Assembly: GCA_951406725.2 (NCBI GenBank)
Contig: OX597827.1
Span: forward strand, 47,988,001-48,052,000
Direction of reading: 5' to 3'
DNA: 64,000 nt
DNA from: Octopus vulgaris
Taxonomy: Eukaryota
The notes below the pieces were generated by a model. It had not been told where the DNA came from. It worked only from the letters and a program-made list of their open reading frames with translations, and made no database searches. Made by a program: the position numbers and the translations under genes. Positions 11,921 through 26,802 of the stretch are shown here, piece by piece (the first letter of the stretch is position 1; every line of letters begins with the position of its first letter).

Positions 11921-12321
11921 GAGTGGCTGTGTGGTAAGTAGCTTGCTAACCAACCTCATAGTTCCGGGTTCAGTCCCACTACGTGACATCTTGGGCAAAT
12001 GTCTTCTGCTATAGCCTCGGGCCAACCAATGCGTTGTGAGTGGATTTGGTAGACGGAAACTGAAAGAAGCCTGTCCTATATATGTATATATATGTATATG
12101 TATGTGTGTGTGTTTGTGTGTCTGTAGTTGTCCCCCCAGCATTGCTTGACAACCGATGCTGGTCTGTTTACGTCCCTGTCACTTAGCGGTTCGGCAAAAA
12201 ATGCGGATAGAATAAGTACTGGGCTTAGAAAGAATAAGTCCCGGCGTCGATTTGCTCGACTAAAGGCGGTGCTCCAGCATGGCTGCAGTCAAATGACTGA
12301 AACAAGTAAAAGAGTAAAGAG
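11921..12321 (+). mobile_element. Composite SINE: tRNA-like head (family A, 11921-12077) + TA/TG spacer + family B module (12113-12321)
   Basis: TGGCTGTGTGGTAAG (A box), GGTTCAGTCCC (B box). Both parts recur more than 8 times in the window; head fragments also at 5041-5090 and 35147-35196. Confidence 0.85.
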
Positions 12322-12322
12322 T

Positions 12323-12361
<39 letters not shown>

Positions 12362-12385
12362 CATTCATATATGTATGTATGTGTG

Positions 12386-12453
<68 letters not shown>

Positions 12454-14994
12454 TATTATTCATATATATGCATGTAAATATTCATTATATCATCTTTAAC
12501 AAGTTATGCATTAACCTAAAGGCTAAACGTATGTATATGTCACCACACCATGAAGTCTCTAGTGTCTGAATGAGCTGTGAAATCCCCGTATGAAAAATGA
12601 TAACAAGGTTATTTTTTATTAAATATGGTGCTACAATCTCTTGGGAGTGCTAAGCTTTAAAAGTCACAGTTACACTGTCTGTAATTTTTTCTTTCTTCCT
12701 CTAATGTTGTGAACCATTGCACTCTTATATATGTCACTCAAAACTTATTTCCAGCGTTAAGTGGTGACGGCACCCCACAGTAATTAAAATATATGAAGAT
12801 CAAAATGTTATGTGCGTCTAATAATCTAAATGTCATTCCAATCATCTGATCATTGTTAATTTTTTTTTTCTGTTTTTTTTTTTTTGAGATTACTATCACT
12901 TGTCACTTTTTTAATCAATTAATATCCCGCATTAGTAGAACTAATCAATTATAAAAGCATACTGATATAATTTTATCGAATCTTGGTTTTTATCTTGCTG
13001 TTTCCGTTTTCCTAGTTTAATTCATGCTTTAACACTTTTATGAAGCGAATAATAAGATTCAACAAGCAGAGGCGGAAGGAAACACAAATTAACTACGACC
13101 TCGCTCTTCTACATAAAAGTGCACTATTTAGAAATAACAGAAATGTGGTTAAGCAAGATATTAGTCTCATGGTTAAGGCAACACTGACAATTCATAATTA
13201 GTTAGTTTCTACTCTTAGGCACAACCAACCAAGTCATCAAATTATTTACTTTATTCACCGCATATATGAGATGAGTATTTTAAAATTGATTACTGTCTTT
13301 TTATTTCGAAGCTGTACCAGGACATTGATCACTCGTTCAGTTTATCTAAGCCGAGATGTTCGAGCGAATACAATGGGCTCTATCCGACAATTTATTCCCT
13401 TTATTGCATATTGTTGTTTTTTAACAGCAGGTGTGTTCCATTTCCACCTTTTGCTCGAAACTGACCTTATTAACTAATGCTAATATTTTTCTTATCTCTT
13501 TTCTAAATGTTGAAAAGATACGATATGAATAGCTTATTAGACTTGAGAAGAATTTGTTGCCCATAACGTTTTCGAATATTAACACAACCGTCACTCCGCT
13601 TGCAACTTCACATCAATAGATGTGTATCAAACATTTCAAAGTGGCCCCCGTACCTAGTAACTAAGATATTAATCAAAACTTGTAAAGCATCTGCTCCATT
13701 CACATGATTTAAATTAACTATCGGTATTCCGGTTTGGAGAGAAAAGAAATGTTCGATTATTAGAAGCAAGATTAATAAGATTCCAGCAGAGCGAAATATC
13801 TTTATTTGGAATTAAATAATCTTTAAGACAATCTTAAGCATGTTTCTCATTGCTTCGGACTCTAGGGACGTTAATGACGAAATTAAAGATGATTCTGGTT
13901 AAGATTCCACAACACTCTGGGCATTCCAGGTCATTATGGATGATTGGGCTGTGCATCGTGCTATATACACCGAATGTAATTGCCTCATTTCTTAATTAAA
14001 GATTTCAAGTCATAATTAAATTAATGATTTGCAGGTGTGAGAACAGATTAGTACCATGATATTTATTCATAACGATCTTGGCCGTTTGTAAGTGTTCATT
14101 TATTCCCATGAGCAATTATGTATGCAATTATGTTCGACTGCGCAAGTGCACTGGTCATGCTTAATTGAAAAATTATTAATATAAACAATTTAAATGAAAC
14201 TTGCATCTTAGGGCGATAATATGAAATATCCATCTAGCTAACGACGCAATTACAGTATTATTGTACATAATAATTAACCAAAGTTTCATATCCTATCAGG
14301 GTTATTTTTTTGCTATTTCGGCACAGGATATTTCCGAATAAACATCTGAATTTATATAGCTCTAACGTTTTTGCATTCAGATTGCTCTGCCAAATGTAAT
14401 GCCTATTAATGCAGGTTGTTTTGAAATAATCATGCATTATATCGCAGCTTCGAGATTTCAACGAGAAAATGATTTGTTTTTAGAATGAGAGAAGCTAGAT
14501 CTGGATGGTTTGAACATAGAAGAGATCGAATATTTTGGCCAGATATGGTTGGTTTACGTGCTACAGGATTTAATAAGCACTTCTGAAATAATAAGTTTTC
14601 CAGTCAGCGGGACAAGTGAGTATTTCTGTAATGTAGAGAAGAAGGAAATAAATTGTGTTTAGAGCACGATATTGAAAGAGACACACAAAGCATTACGCAA
14701 AATGAGGAAGTGTGGGGATCACTAAGAGTGCTATGAAACGGTCTTCGCTTTTTACAGTGCATTCCATCACCAGTGTGGGGTGAGTAGATACTTAAGGAAT
14801 CTCACTTCGATTTTTGAGGTATCAGTCCCCAGATGTTAGTTGCATTTCTGATAGTCAGAAAAAAGAACAAAATGTAGTTGGACGATTTGTCGGCATTAAT
14901 ACGCAAAAGGATTTTGTATCGAAGAGATATGTTTTTCTGTTACATCGACATTCTTTAAGTATTTCGCCGATGTGCGCGCATACCTACACCCATA

Positions 14995-15282
14995 CACCCA
15001 CAACCATACTCACATACACATGCGCACACACACGCAGTCACAGACGAACACATATACATACACACAGACCTACACACATAATCACATACACATGCACACA
15101 TACGCGCAGACACAGACGAACATACACACAGGCACACACACATACTCACATAAACATGCACACTTACACGCGGACACAAACAAACACGTACATACATACA
15201 CACATACTCATATACACATGCGTACGTACACGCAGACACAGACGAACACATACACATACACACAGACACACACACACATACT
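14995..15282. repeat. CA-rich minisatellite, ~56-60-bp unit, ~4-5 copies
   Basis: Recurring atactcacatacacatgc...cgcagacacagacgaacacatac. Confidence 0.75.
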
Positions 15283-15860
15283 GTAAATAATATATGGCAA
15301 GAAAGTTCAGGTGTATGCATGAGTACAAGAGTAGAGGTGTAAGGAGGTGTTGCATGGTGGGTGGGGAAAATGAAAGCGAAAGTAAGAAATCAGATTACGA
15401 GGTATTAAATATACGCGACACTAGGCAGATAATTAAGAAGGATTAAAAAGTGTATTTGACGGTGACGAGGACATAGTGAAAGAGATTTAGGAAGGGGGGG
15501 CACATGGAAAAATAAGAGGAAGGGGATTATTGTGACGTATGCTCATATGACAGTGAAAGGCCAACTTGTATACGCATATACATACTTACACTCGGAGAGA
15601 CAGAGGTAGACAGAAAACACGCTCGCGCACATGAACACACACAAAGACACACGCATATAAATGTCCATTATCAGTAACTACATACATTCAATAGAACAAG
15701 TTACATGTAATGTATACCAAGCACTTGCTGGGAGCGGTGCACTATAGTCTCTAATGGAAACAAAAAAACCCCAGGGTACATATTCTTTTTAAGCTTGATG
15801 CTTTTTTGTCTGTTGATTCGTCTCACGGGTAATTAGCATATATGCATAAACAGCCGCACA

Positions 15861-15922
<62 letters not shown>

Positions 15923-16087
15923 TTATCATTATCATCATCATCATCATCATTATTATTATTATTATCATTATTATTATTATTATTATTATTACTATTTTTT
16001 TAATGCTTTTTTGTTTGTTAATTCGTCTCACGGGTAATTAGCATATATGCATAAACAGCCGCACATATTATTATTATTATTATTATT

Positions 16088-16638
16088 CAGTGAGAGAGCA
16101 GTTCATGCCATCAAAGTGACACTGGGGTAAAATATACGAAGCCCAATATACCCATCATGACTACCCGTCTGATAAAGGTACACCAGGCACATGCATCACA
16201 ACCATATGTGCGCGACATGGTGATTTCATATCAAGATAAACAGCACATGACCTTGATGGGGCCCAGTTAGAATTTTCTTCAGGTTGAGTAGCCCATCCCA
16301 CTCAAAAGGTCCCTGAATAAGGATTGTTTAAGGATGTTGAAAGAACCACCCTTGTTTCCAGAGGTGAATTATTCAAACCCCAAAGAATCCCTCTCAACAC
16401 ATGGCTATGATGCTCCCCCACTACTTCTGCTCGTGATCAGAGATGCACATATCGTCAGCTACCAAGGGAAATGCTCAACTGGTTATGGTCAAACAACTGA
16501 CAAGCAAATCTGTGGTATTGAGCAGAATATTTGCTGTAGCCCATCTTTTATACCAAGACAAAACAATGTACATGATAACACTTGCAATCAGTTAAGATCA
16601 GAAGCCATGAAATCCACTGCCTGGTACTGCATCAGGGC

Positions 16639-16640
<2 letters not shown>
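16088..16640 (-). mobile_element. Non-coding ~550-bp interspersed element inserted in (TAA)n, copy 1
   Basis: Highly similar to 49128-49683 and 52995-53500; both flanks are (TTA)n. The strand is inferred from the TAA polarity seen for the LINE. Confidence 0.85.
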
Positions 16641-16677
<37 letters not shown>

Positions 16678-16826
16678 CATCATTATCATTGATATTATTA
16701 TTATTATTTTTATTATTATTATCATCATCATCATCATTATTATTATTATCTTTATTATTTTTATTATTTTTATCATCATCATCATCATCATTATTATTAT
16801 TATTATTATTATTTTTATCATCATCA

Positions 16827-16894
<68 letters not shown>

Positions 16895-17033
16895 GTTATT
16901 ATTATTATTATTATCATTACTATTATTATCATTATCATCATTAATATTATTATTATTATTATTATCATCATCATCATCATTATTATTATTATCATTATTA
17001 TTATTATTATTATTATCATCATCATTAATATTA

Positions 17034-17073
<40 letters not shown>

Positions 17074-17132
17074 CATCATCATTAATATCATTATTATTAT
17101 TATTTTTATTATTATTATTATTATTATTATGA

Positions 17133-17164
<32 letters not shown>

Positions 17165-17165
17165 T
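16641..17165. repeat. (TTA)n/(TCA)n microsatellite
   Basis: Direct reading; source of the poly-I/poly-L ORFs. Confidence 0.95.
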
Positions 17166-18256
17166 TATATATTTAGTGAAAGAGAGAGAGAGAGAGAAAG
17201 TGATGGAGATAAAGACTGTTAGACTTGATATAAAAACATATCAGGAGCACGCGCATAAAAAATAATACACATTGAAATCTGAAGAAATTATATGTAATTT
17301 CTAAACTCCACTGCTGCTCAGAACGCTAAGTGTACAAATGTGTGTATGTGTGTGTATGTGTATGGATGCGTGTGTGTGCGTGCGTATGTGTGTTTGTGTG
17401 TACGTGCGTGTACGTGTGTGTATGTGTGTTTATGTGTTTGTGTGTGTATGTTCTTAGTCGTGTATGTAGACAAGTTACTCGTTAAAAAAAAACGGCAAAG
17501 AGTATGCATTCACTATAATCACACAATAGATTAAGACGCTCTCTTCCGAGAATCATGTGATGATATATCATTGTTTGAAAACCACATGATTATCAAAAGG
17601 TTTAAGCATCAGCACGTGTTTGCGTTACAGCATTTCCTCGGAGAGGAAATGGTTAAGACTGTCGCGTCAGTCATTGAAATAATTACCCCAAGATGCCACT
17701 CGGAGGAGCAGAAATCAGACGTAAGGTGAACAGAATAAACGTGGAAGAAACGGGGTTAAATTCAAATCGATATTTATCACGCACGCAATTAAATTTCTAT
17801 GTGTGTGTGTGTGTGAGTGTGTGTGTATGTGAGTGAGTGTGTGAATGTGTGTTTATGTTTGGATGTAACCGGTGCTTCAAACAAACTCCAAATATATATA
17901 TAAAGTGAAAATTGTTTCATCTTTTTGCATCAAAGTGTGGTAACATTACTAGAGTCACTTATCATATAAGAATGATATATATATTACATATATATAACCA
18001 ATTTATTTATAATTTGATAATACATAGGCAAACACACACACACTGAACCAGAGAAACACACATATACACACAAAAGTATACAGATCAAAAGAATAATTTA
18101 AATTGAGTATCATCAAAAAGAAACAACGTCCCGCTCAGGAATAATGTATATTTATAGTTATATAAATATGTGTGTGTGTGTGTGCGAGAGAGAGTGAGAG
18201 GAAGACAGAGAGTATTTGTGTTCGTGCACATGGGAGTGTATGTATATGTATATTTC

Positions 18257-18289
<33 letters not shown>

Positions 18290-18326
18290 GCTATATATGT
18301 GTGCGTGAGTGTGCATATATTTATAT

Positions 18327-18425
<99 letters not shown>

Positions 18426-18446
18426 TATATATATGTATACATGTAC

Positions 18447-18483
<37 letters not shown>

Positions 18484-18871
18484 CGTGTGTGTATGCGTGA
18501 ATGTATCCACACACACATATCTGCATGTATATAAATACATATTTATATGCATTTGCATTAATAAGGTGAGCGTTTGTGCTTCGGTGTTTGAATGTACATA
18601 TACATATATACATATATATGTACGTATATAATTATATATATATATATATATGTATATATATGTGTGTGTGTGTGTAAGTGTGTGCGTGTGAAATGAATGT
18701 GTGTCTTGTAATATTTTTTGCGTGATGGAACAAAGAAATAAAGTTAGAGCATAAATGAATGCATATATTTCTGTGTTGTAACTGTACCAAAGTGACTCAT
18801 CGATCAAATTTACGTCCATAAAATGGTTGTATTTATTCGGACACTGTGGAAATATAAGCAAATTATATATA

Positions 18872-19016
18872 TGTGTGGTAAGAATTATATGTGTCCATGT
18901 AGTAAGAAGCTTGCTTCCCAACTACATGCTTCCGGGTACAATTCCACTGCAGGGGCACATTGGATGTCTTCTACTCTAGCCTCGGACAAACCTATGCCTT
19001 TTCAGTGGATTTGGTA
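18872..19016 (+). mobile_element. Degenerate family A SINE head
   Basis: tgtggtaagaa...gcttgcttcccaac...gtcttctact...gtggatttggta. Confidence 0.65.
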
Positions 19017-19162
19017 TCGTCCAAATTAAATCATTATACTTTACCTCTTTATCAATAATATTGCTTATTTTTGGTGGCGTCAAACAGCGAAAAGGCGCTG
19101 GGAAGGGTGACTATCGAAACCAAACACGGTACATGAATTGGGCGCGAAAAAGAATGTAAGTA

Positions 19163-19465
19163 TCCGTCGGTTACCACGACGAGGGTTGCAACTGATCCGA
19201 TCAAAAGAACAGCTTGTTCGTGAAATTAATGTGTAAGTGCCCGAGCACCCCACGAACACCTGTACACTTTAATGCAGTTTTCAGGGAGCTGGAGCGTGAC
19301 ACAGGATGTAACAGAGCTAGCCTTTCGAAATACAGGTACTACTAATTTTTGCCAGTTGAGTGAACTATAGAAGCGAGAAATAAATTGCATAGCGCAAGGA
19401 CACGACATGCGACTTGGAATTAAGCACAGGATCTTACGCACCTAACCACTAAACTATGTGCCTTT
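19163..19465 (-). mobile_element. tRNA-derived SINE (family D)
   Basis: Similar to 51322-51672; shares the head and central domain with family C. Confidence 0.7.
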
Positions 19466-19544
19466 ACAAATATAAATTTACAAACTAGATTTAAAATATA
19501 CAAACGAAAGAGCGACTCTGGGGCAAGGCAAAACGGTGATCCTA

Positions 19545-19645
19545 AAGCGGCGATCTGGCAGAAACGTTAGCGCGACGAGCGAAATGCTTGACGATATTTC
19601 GCCTGTCTACGTTTTTTGAGTTCAAATTTCGCCTAGGTCGACTTT
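19545..19645 (+). mobile_element. SINE family E, truncated
   Basis: gcggcgatctggcagaaacgttagc...gagttcaaatt, as at 47192. Confidence 0.7.
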
Positions 19646-19899
19646 CACATACAGATTGTTTAATTACTCTTTTTTAAAACTAAACACTTTCAAACTTCCA
19701 ATACTGGTAGAATGCTTCACGTAGAACAGGGTTCATTTTAACATTTTTGACAACATTTTGTATATTAGAAGTTATTTCGTCAGAAGTTACAGAGTAACAA
19801 TGGACAAATTAATGTTTGATAAGTGCCAATACACGAAACTCTCAGTTTTTGACTTACTCTCTAACTTCTGCCGATGATATATTTCTCAAGAAATGAAAA

Positions 19900-20620
19900 A
19901 TATTCTTTATCATAATCAAACACTGTCGCAAATTTAAGAAAGATTATTGGTGGAAGATTTAATGATGGAAGTCAACAATGTGCCCATGAATTTTGAAAAG
20001 AAATTTATCTTGATTTTAAAATGGAATTTCAACAAAAGTTTACATTCATTAAATATGACACTATTATAGGTGCATTAGATTGCATCAGCATACTTCCAAC
20101 ATCTTTATAAATGAAATTTGCAACTGCAATACAACTCCTGCTTTTAGTAGACAATCACAACTATCTATTGACTTAAAAGGAGAATTTGTTTTTGCAACCT
20201 ACTAATGGTCCTCAATAATTTAAATTTTGGATTACTAAAACCACAGCATATTCATTTTCGTAAATTTGTGAAACATGTTCATTCAATACTGAACATGAAA
20301 TTACTTCCAGAATTGAATTTCCTCCTGAATTTAAATATCTTGTTATTCAAATTAATAGATTTTAAATTAATCGAAATATTAATATGGAAGACAGAATCAA
20401 ATGTGATATAATGAACTTCAGTTCAAACAGGCAGCAAATATTTTGCTCAAATTTTACTCTAAAAGCTGCTGCTATTCATAGAGTACCAGCATAAAGATCA
20501 GGTCATTATAGCACACTGATTGAAACTGGAGATGATATTTGGGATGAAATCAGTGACAACATCATTACAAAATGACATACTACATTTGCTCCCAAATTGC
20601 CTGACATTGTTTTATTATTT
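19900..20620 (+). pseudogene. Possible very old PIF/Harbinger-like transposase remnant
   Basis: Only IIGALDCISI (~20062-20091), resembling the IGAIDCTHI motif, and weak downstream similarity; many stops. Confidence 0.25.
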
Positions 20621-21162
20621 ATGAAAAAATGTAAAATAATTAAAAAAAACAAAATTAAGTGGAATTGTAATTAAAAATTAAATTTAAGACGGAGACTGTA
20701 TGAGTGATTAATGATTATTTAGGAAGAAAATTCATGACTAAATAAAAATTAACAAGAATATTTTCTTAAATGTGGAAATTATAAATGTTCTTTTCTTGGT
20801 TTATAAAATGGTTTTAATTTATGAAAAACAAATATTTACATAAAATTGAAGGTACAATAATAGTTATTTTTATTGCAAAATTAGGTTAGTTAACGTGAGC
20901 CTTGTAATTGATGTCTTTGGGGTCTTGTTGTTTGTAAGTTTTGGTGAGCCATGGTTCAACCAACAACATGGTAAAAATCCCTGCCATTAATTTGGTGTGC
21001 ATGGGTATTATCAAATATTTCAATCATAACATATATTTAAATTAAGCATGAAAAAAATTGAAATAGTATCTTTCAGTATTTTATAAGGTAAAATCTTAAA
21101 TTATTAATCGACTCGTTATTAATTATCTTATAACAGCAATGCCTGGAAAATCCATGGATTAC

Positions 21163-21640
21163 ATAGAAAAATGTGAGCATGAAAAGTAATATTCTTAAGA
21201 TTATAAACCTGGAAAACTACAGGACAAGTTATTACGCCTGTAAAAATATAAGACTAACTATTACTTCAAGTAAAGTAAAGAATAAGAAACGTTTTACTTA
21301 AAATATTGCAGCTAAAATTAAAATTTGAATATTAGAAATTATTCTATTATATTTTACGAATAACACTATACTAATTTACTACCTTCAACACAGAAAAAAA
21401 TTACTAATTAGACAAACTTATAAATTAGCTGAACAGTTTTGTATAATTAATTTAAAAGAGGCTTAGTGTAAAGAGTGATAAATTAGAAGAGCTGGCCTTC
21501 TTTGCTGCAATATTTTAAGTAAAAAGTTTCTTACTCTTAACTTTGGTTGAATAGTTTGTCCTGTTCTTTTACAGGTGTAATAAACTTTTCCAAGTTTATT
21601 ATCTTAAGAATATTATTTTTCATGCTCGCATTTTTCCGTA
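21163..21640. mobile_element. MITE/foldback element with ~140-150-bp diverged terminal inverted repeats
   Basis: 21163-21312 (gaaaaatgtgagcatgaaaa...aaatattgcagc) is the approximate reverse complement of 21504-21640. Confidence 0.75.
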
Positions 21641-21672
21641 TAGTGTATGTATGTATATATATTATGTATATA

Positions 21673-21836
21673 GGCGCAGGTGTGTCTGTGTGGTAAGAGG
21701 CATGCTTCCCAACCACATGGTTTCCGTTCAGTCCCACTGCGTAGCACCTTACACAAGTGTCCTCTACTATAGCCTAGGGCCGACCCAAAGCCTTGCAAGT
21801 GGATATGGTAGACGGAAATTGGAAGAAGCCCGTCGT
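21673..21836 (+). mobile_element. Family A SINE head (its B module is displaced to 22478-22668 by a nested insertion)
   Basis: ggcgcaggtgtg...tggtaag...gtagacggaaa...gaagcccgtcg. Confidence 0.85.
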
Positions 21837-21847
21837 ATATATATATG

Positions 21848-22415
21848 TAAGAGGAACCGAGTTAGTAAATGTTTTTATTTTCATTTCACTAAATTTATCA
21901 AGCTTCTGTGTATCTAGTACATACTTCGCCCTTTAATGTACTTATATATGAATAATATATGGCCTGTGCTAGATCACCAGCGATAATAATTAATTTTATT
22001 TTATCGCACTTTGACTTTGTTTACATATTTCTCGATAAATTTTGAGCGTTAGACAATATACCAGAAATCCCTAGTTTGTCGGGTACGTTCTGCGTCTGTG
22101 CAGTGATCTGATTAGTTAGAGAGAGCAAATTATTAGACGCACATGCTTCTAGTGAGGTGCAATTTCACAATAACAGGGCTCTTACCGATGAATTCTCCCT
22201 GAGTAAATAAATTATTTTTATTACTGAAAAGAACGAAACTGCAGTCTAAGAGGAACCGAGTTAGTAAACGTTTTTATTTTCATTTCACTAAATTTATCAA
22301 GCTTCTGTGTATCTAGTACATACTTCGCCCTTTAATGTACATATATGAATAATATATGGCCTGTGCTAGATCACCAGCGATAATAATTAATTTTATTTTA
22401 TCGCACTTTGACTTT

Positions 22416-22420
<5 letters not shown>
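21848..22420 (+). mobile_element. Retrozyme-like non-coding element: 399-nt unit + 174-nt repeat of its start, in (TA)n
   Basis: 21848-22023 is repeated at 22247-22420; a hammerhead spans the unit junction; no ORF. Confidence 0.8.
22179..22252 (+). ncRNA. Type I hammerhead ribozyme (GUC site, predicted cleavage after 22246)
   Basis: CTCTTA-CCGATGA-a-TTCT..(agtaaataaa/tttattact hairpin)..AGAA-c-GAAA-CTGCAG-TC-TAAGAG: stem I CTCTTA/TAAGAG, palindromic stem III ACTGCAGT. Confidence 0.8.
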
Positions 22421-22462
<42 letters not shown>

Positions 22463-22477
22463 TGTGCGTGTGTGTGT

Positions 22478-22668
22478 GTTTGCATTTGACAACACCTATC
22501 GCTTGACAATTTATGCTCGTATGTTTATGGCCTCGTAACTTGGCAGTTCGGAAAAATGTAAGCGATAGATTAAGTGCTTGGTCCATTTCTTTGACAAACA
22601 TCACTTAAGGCGGCGCTCCACAATGGCCGCAGTCAAATGACCGAAACCATTAAAAGATTTAAAAGAAT
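22478..22668 (+). mobile_element. Family B module, degenerate
   Basis: atcgcttgacaa...cgtaacttggcagttcgg...aaggcggcgctcca...gcagtcaaatgac. Confidence 0.7.
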
Positions 22669-22843
22669 ACATACACACACCCACTTACACACACATATTT
22701 ATGTATGCATTATGTGGAAATGTTTCAACTGCTAAGAGAGTAAAGAATTGTGGTTTTAAATTTATGATTATGTATGTGTATATATGATTGTGTGTGCGTT
22801 TGTGTGTGTATTTCAATGTATCTATTTAGATGCACACATATCC

Positions 22844-23215
22844 GCACGGCTATGTGGTTAACAGTGCTCTATTTCTAACTACGTGACTTCGTACTCAGTT
22901 TCAGTGAGTCACACACTAGGCTGATAGATTTCTACGATATCTCAGGCCGACAAATGGTATATGAATGAATTTGGTGGGAAACTGAGAATCTGAGTGTTGG
23001 GTCGTGAATATATATTTGCCTGAGTACCTTGTTCGTTCCCACCACTGTCTGTCAGCTGCTGGTGGTTTGTTCACATCCACATAATTCCGCATTTCGGCAA
23101 AAGTGATCGATAATAAAGTACCCGATTCTACAATAAGAACTGGGGTGGATTTGTTCGATAATTTCACTAAGCTGCTGCTCGCCCTCAGTTCTGTGACTGA
23201 AACAAGAAACAGATA
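22844..23215 (+). mobile_element. Old composite A+B SINE
   Basis: Degenerate head (tatgtggttaa...gaatttggtgggaaactga) followed by the B module ending gactgaaacaag. Confidence 0.55.
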
Positions 23216-23297
<82 letters not shown>

Positions 23298-23313
23298 GTA
23301 TATATATATATGC

Positions 23314-23347
<34 letters not shown>

Positions 23348-23800
23348 GGGGGGTGAGAGAGAGACAGAGAGAATATATGAGAGAGAAGGGAAGATCGATG
23401 GAAAGAGGGGGCGTACTTGTGTATATACTTGCGTTAGTTAACATGGAATAAGCGAAATAAAACCGTAGGTTTGCTTTTCATATCATATATCCTTTGATAA
23501 GAGGTCAATATATCTTGTTAATTCTCTAGATGACTTATCTCAAAAGTTGTATCATGTGTTTAAACAAGGTATTTGCTTTATTATTGCATCAAGGAAAAAA
23601 GGCAGAGCATAATCGAGGAATTAGATAGTTTTGCTGTAACTTAGACTTTGATAATCGTGAAGGTATGTCTTCAAACATTTCTTATGTTAAGAATTTAATA
23701 TTAAAGAAGATAACTTCAGAAGAATATCTGAGTTTCAATTTACGTTCTTTGCTACACAATGAGACGAAGTTAAGAAATGTGCTGATATGATATTACATGT

Positions 23801-23834
<34 letters not shown>

Positions 23835-23904
23835 TGTATACTCTCTTTTACTCTTTTACTTGTTTCAGTCATTTGACTGCGGCCATGCTGGAGCACCGCC
23901 TTTA

Positions 23905-25166
<1,262 letters not shown>

Positions 25167-26754
25167 TACATGAATGGAAACAAAATAACTTCATAATTTC
25201 ATTCGCTTGTTATCCCTGGTGTCTATTCTATTTATTCTATCCACGGCTCCGAGCAATCAAACGAATAGTAATCCGGAGATTATTTTATCCAAGAAATATC
25301 CGCAGCTTCTAACAATTGTAACCAAGGAGAATGGTGTGATCGAGTACTTTTATCATTTTAGTTTTCATCGGCTGTAGATCCCAAGAGTGTTGCTCTTTTG
25401 CGTAATAATATACGCCATCATTGATTCATGAGGTGTCATTGCCACAAATTAAAATCAACTCTCTGTTATCAACCATAATGTTGATATTTATACACCCATA
25501 CACATGCACATGCACATGCACACAATACACACACACAGTCACATACACGGGCGTGAACGATCAATACATACGTCTAAATGCATACGTTGGATGCTATATC
25601 GATTGAAAGGGTGTTTGCAGATATGTATGTGTGCCTGCGTGTCTGTATGTGTGTGCATGTATAGCATTAATAAAACACAGAAAATATAGTTGGTAATTTA
25701 TGAGTTATAAATCATACACATATTTCGTTATACCAACTGGAACGATTACACAATTGTTTGTTGAACATTACATATTCTTATTAGAATTCCCCATCGGTAT
25801 TTTGTAAAAGTATGAACGACATTGTATTGCACTGCCCCATATATATCTTCATTATGTAACTAATTATAAACAACGTCAGGACATTTCAGCTCCGTTCATT
25901 ATATAAGCACCTCCCAACACACACACAAAAATACACACATACTGTAGAGCACACACGCACTCATACAGATATGCACACGTCATATACTTTTACTGAGGCA
26001 TCCAGGTGTGAATAGAAGGGCGCTTATGCGTTTATGTTTGTGGTTATGTGAGTGCCTTTGTGCGCGCATATTTCTGACACCAGCCTAAACGTGGGTTGTT
26101 GACCCTCGTCTACCCGCTCAGGATAGAGTAGAGTATTGAACGTAAAGCTAAAGCCAAATACACGTTCTAACATGCTCACACTAGTGAATACACAAATACA
26201 TTCATATATATGACTATACACACGTACCTACAGACATATTTTTCTCATTACAGCTTCATAGTAGAGGCAGTATAACACAGTAAGTGCACACACTATCCTA
26301 GGTTTGCCAAACTTCACTCTACACACACGCATACACGTACAATACATACGTAAGAATGAACTCAGCAATTACGGACAGACCAACTCCAAACTAGTGATCA
26401 GTACCACAGTTGCATTCACATATTAATACACACACACACACACATGCACACACACATCCTGGTAACAGCTGTAAGACCTATTTATAAATGGTCCAAAATC
26501 TTCACAGCCTTGGTTTTTTTTATCTCATTCTGAATTTTTTTCTATATATACAATATACATATGTATATAAGTGTCTGTATCAATACAACCCCACTCACGC
26601 ACCTACATAGATACACACACATATATATATATATTTATACACGTTTGTGTTTGTATATATACGTATAAGCAAGACATGTTTAATATTTAATTCCGAATGT
26701 GTGTAAGTATATATATATAATTTTACCTTGCTGATGCTAACGATGTAACTTCTG

Positions 26755-26802
<48 letters not shown>

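Noticed and set aside
14362-14573. Possible old TTAA/piggyBac-type MITE
   Set aside because: The ends are too degenerate to demonstrate TIRs from this window alone.
25340-25380. Minus-strand CCGATGA...AAAAGTACTC
   Set aside because: No stem I or stem II pairing and the GAAA is not intact.
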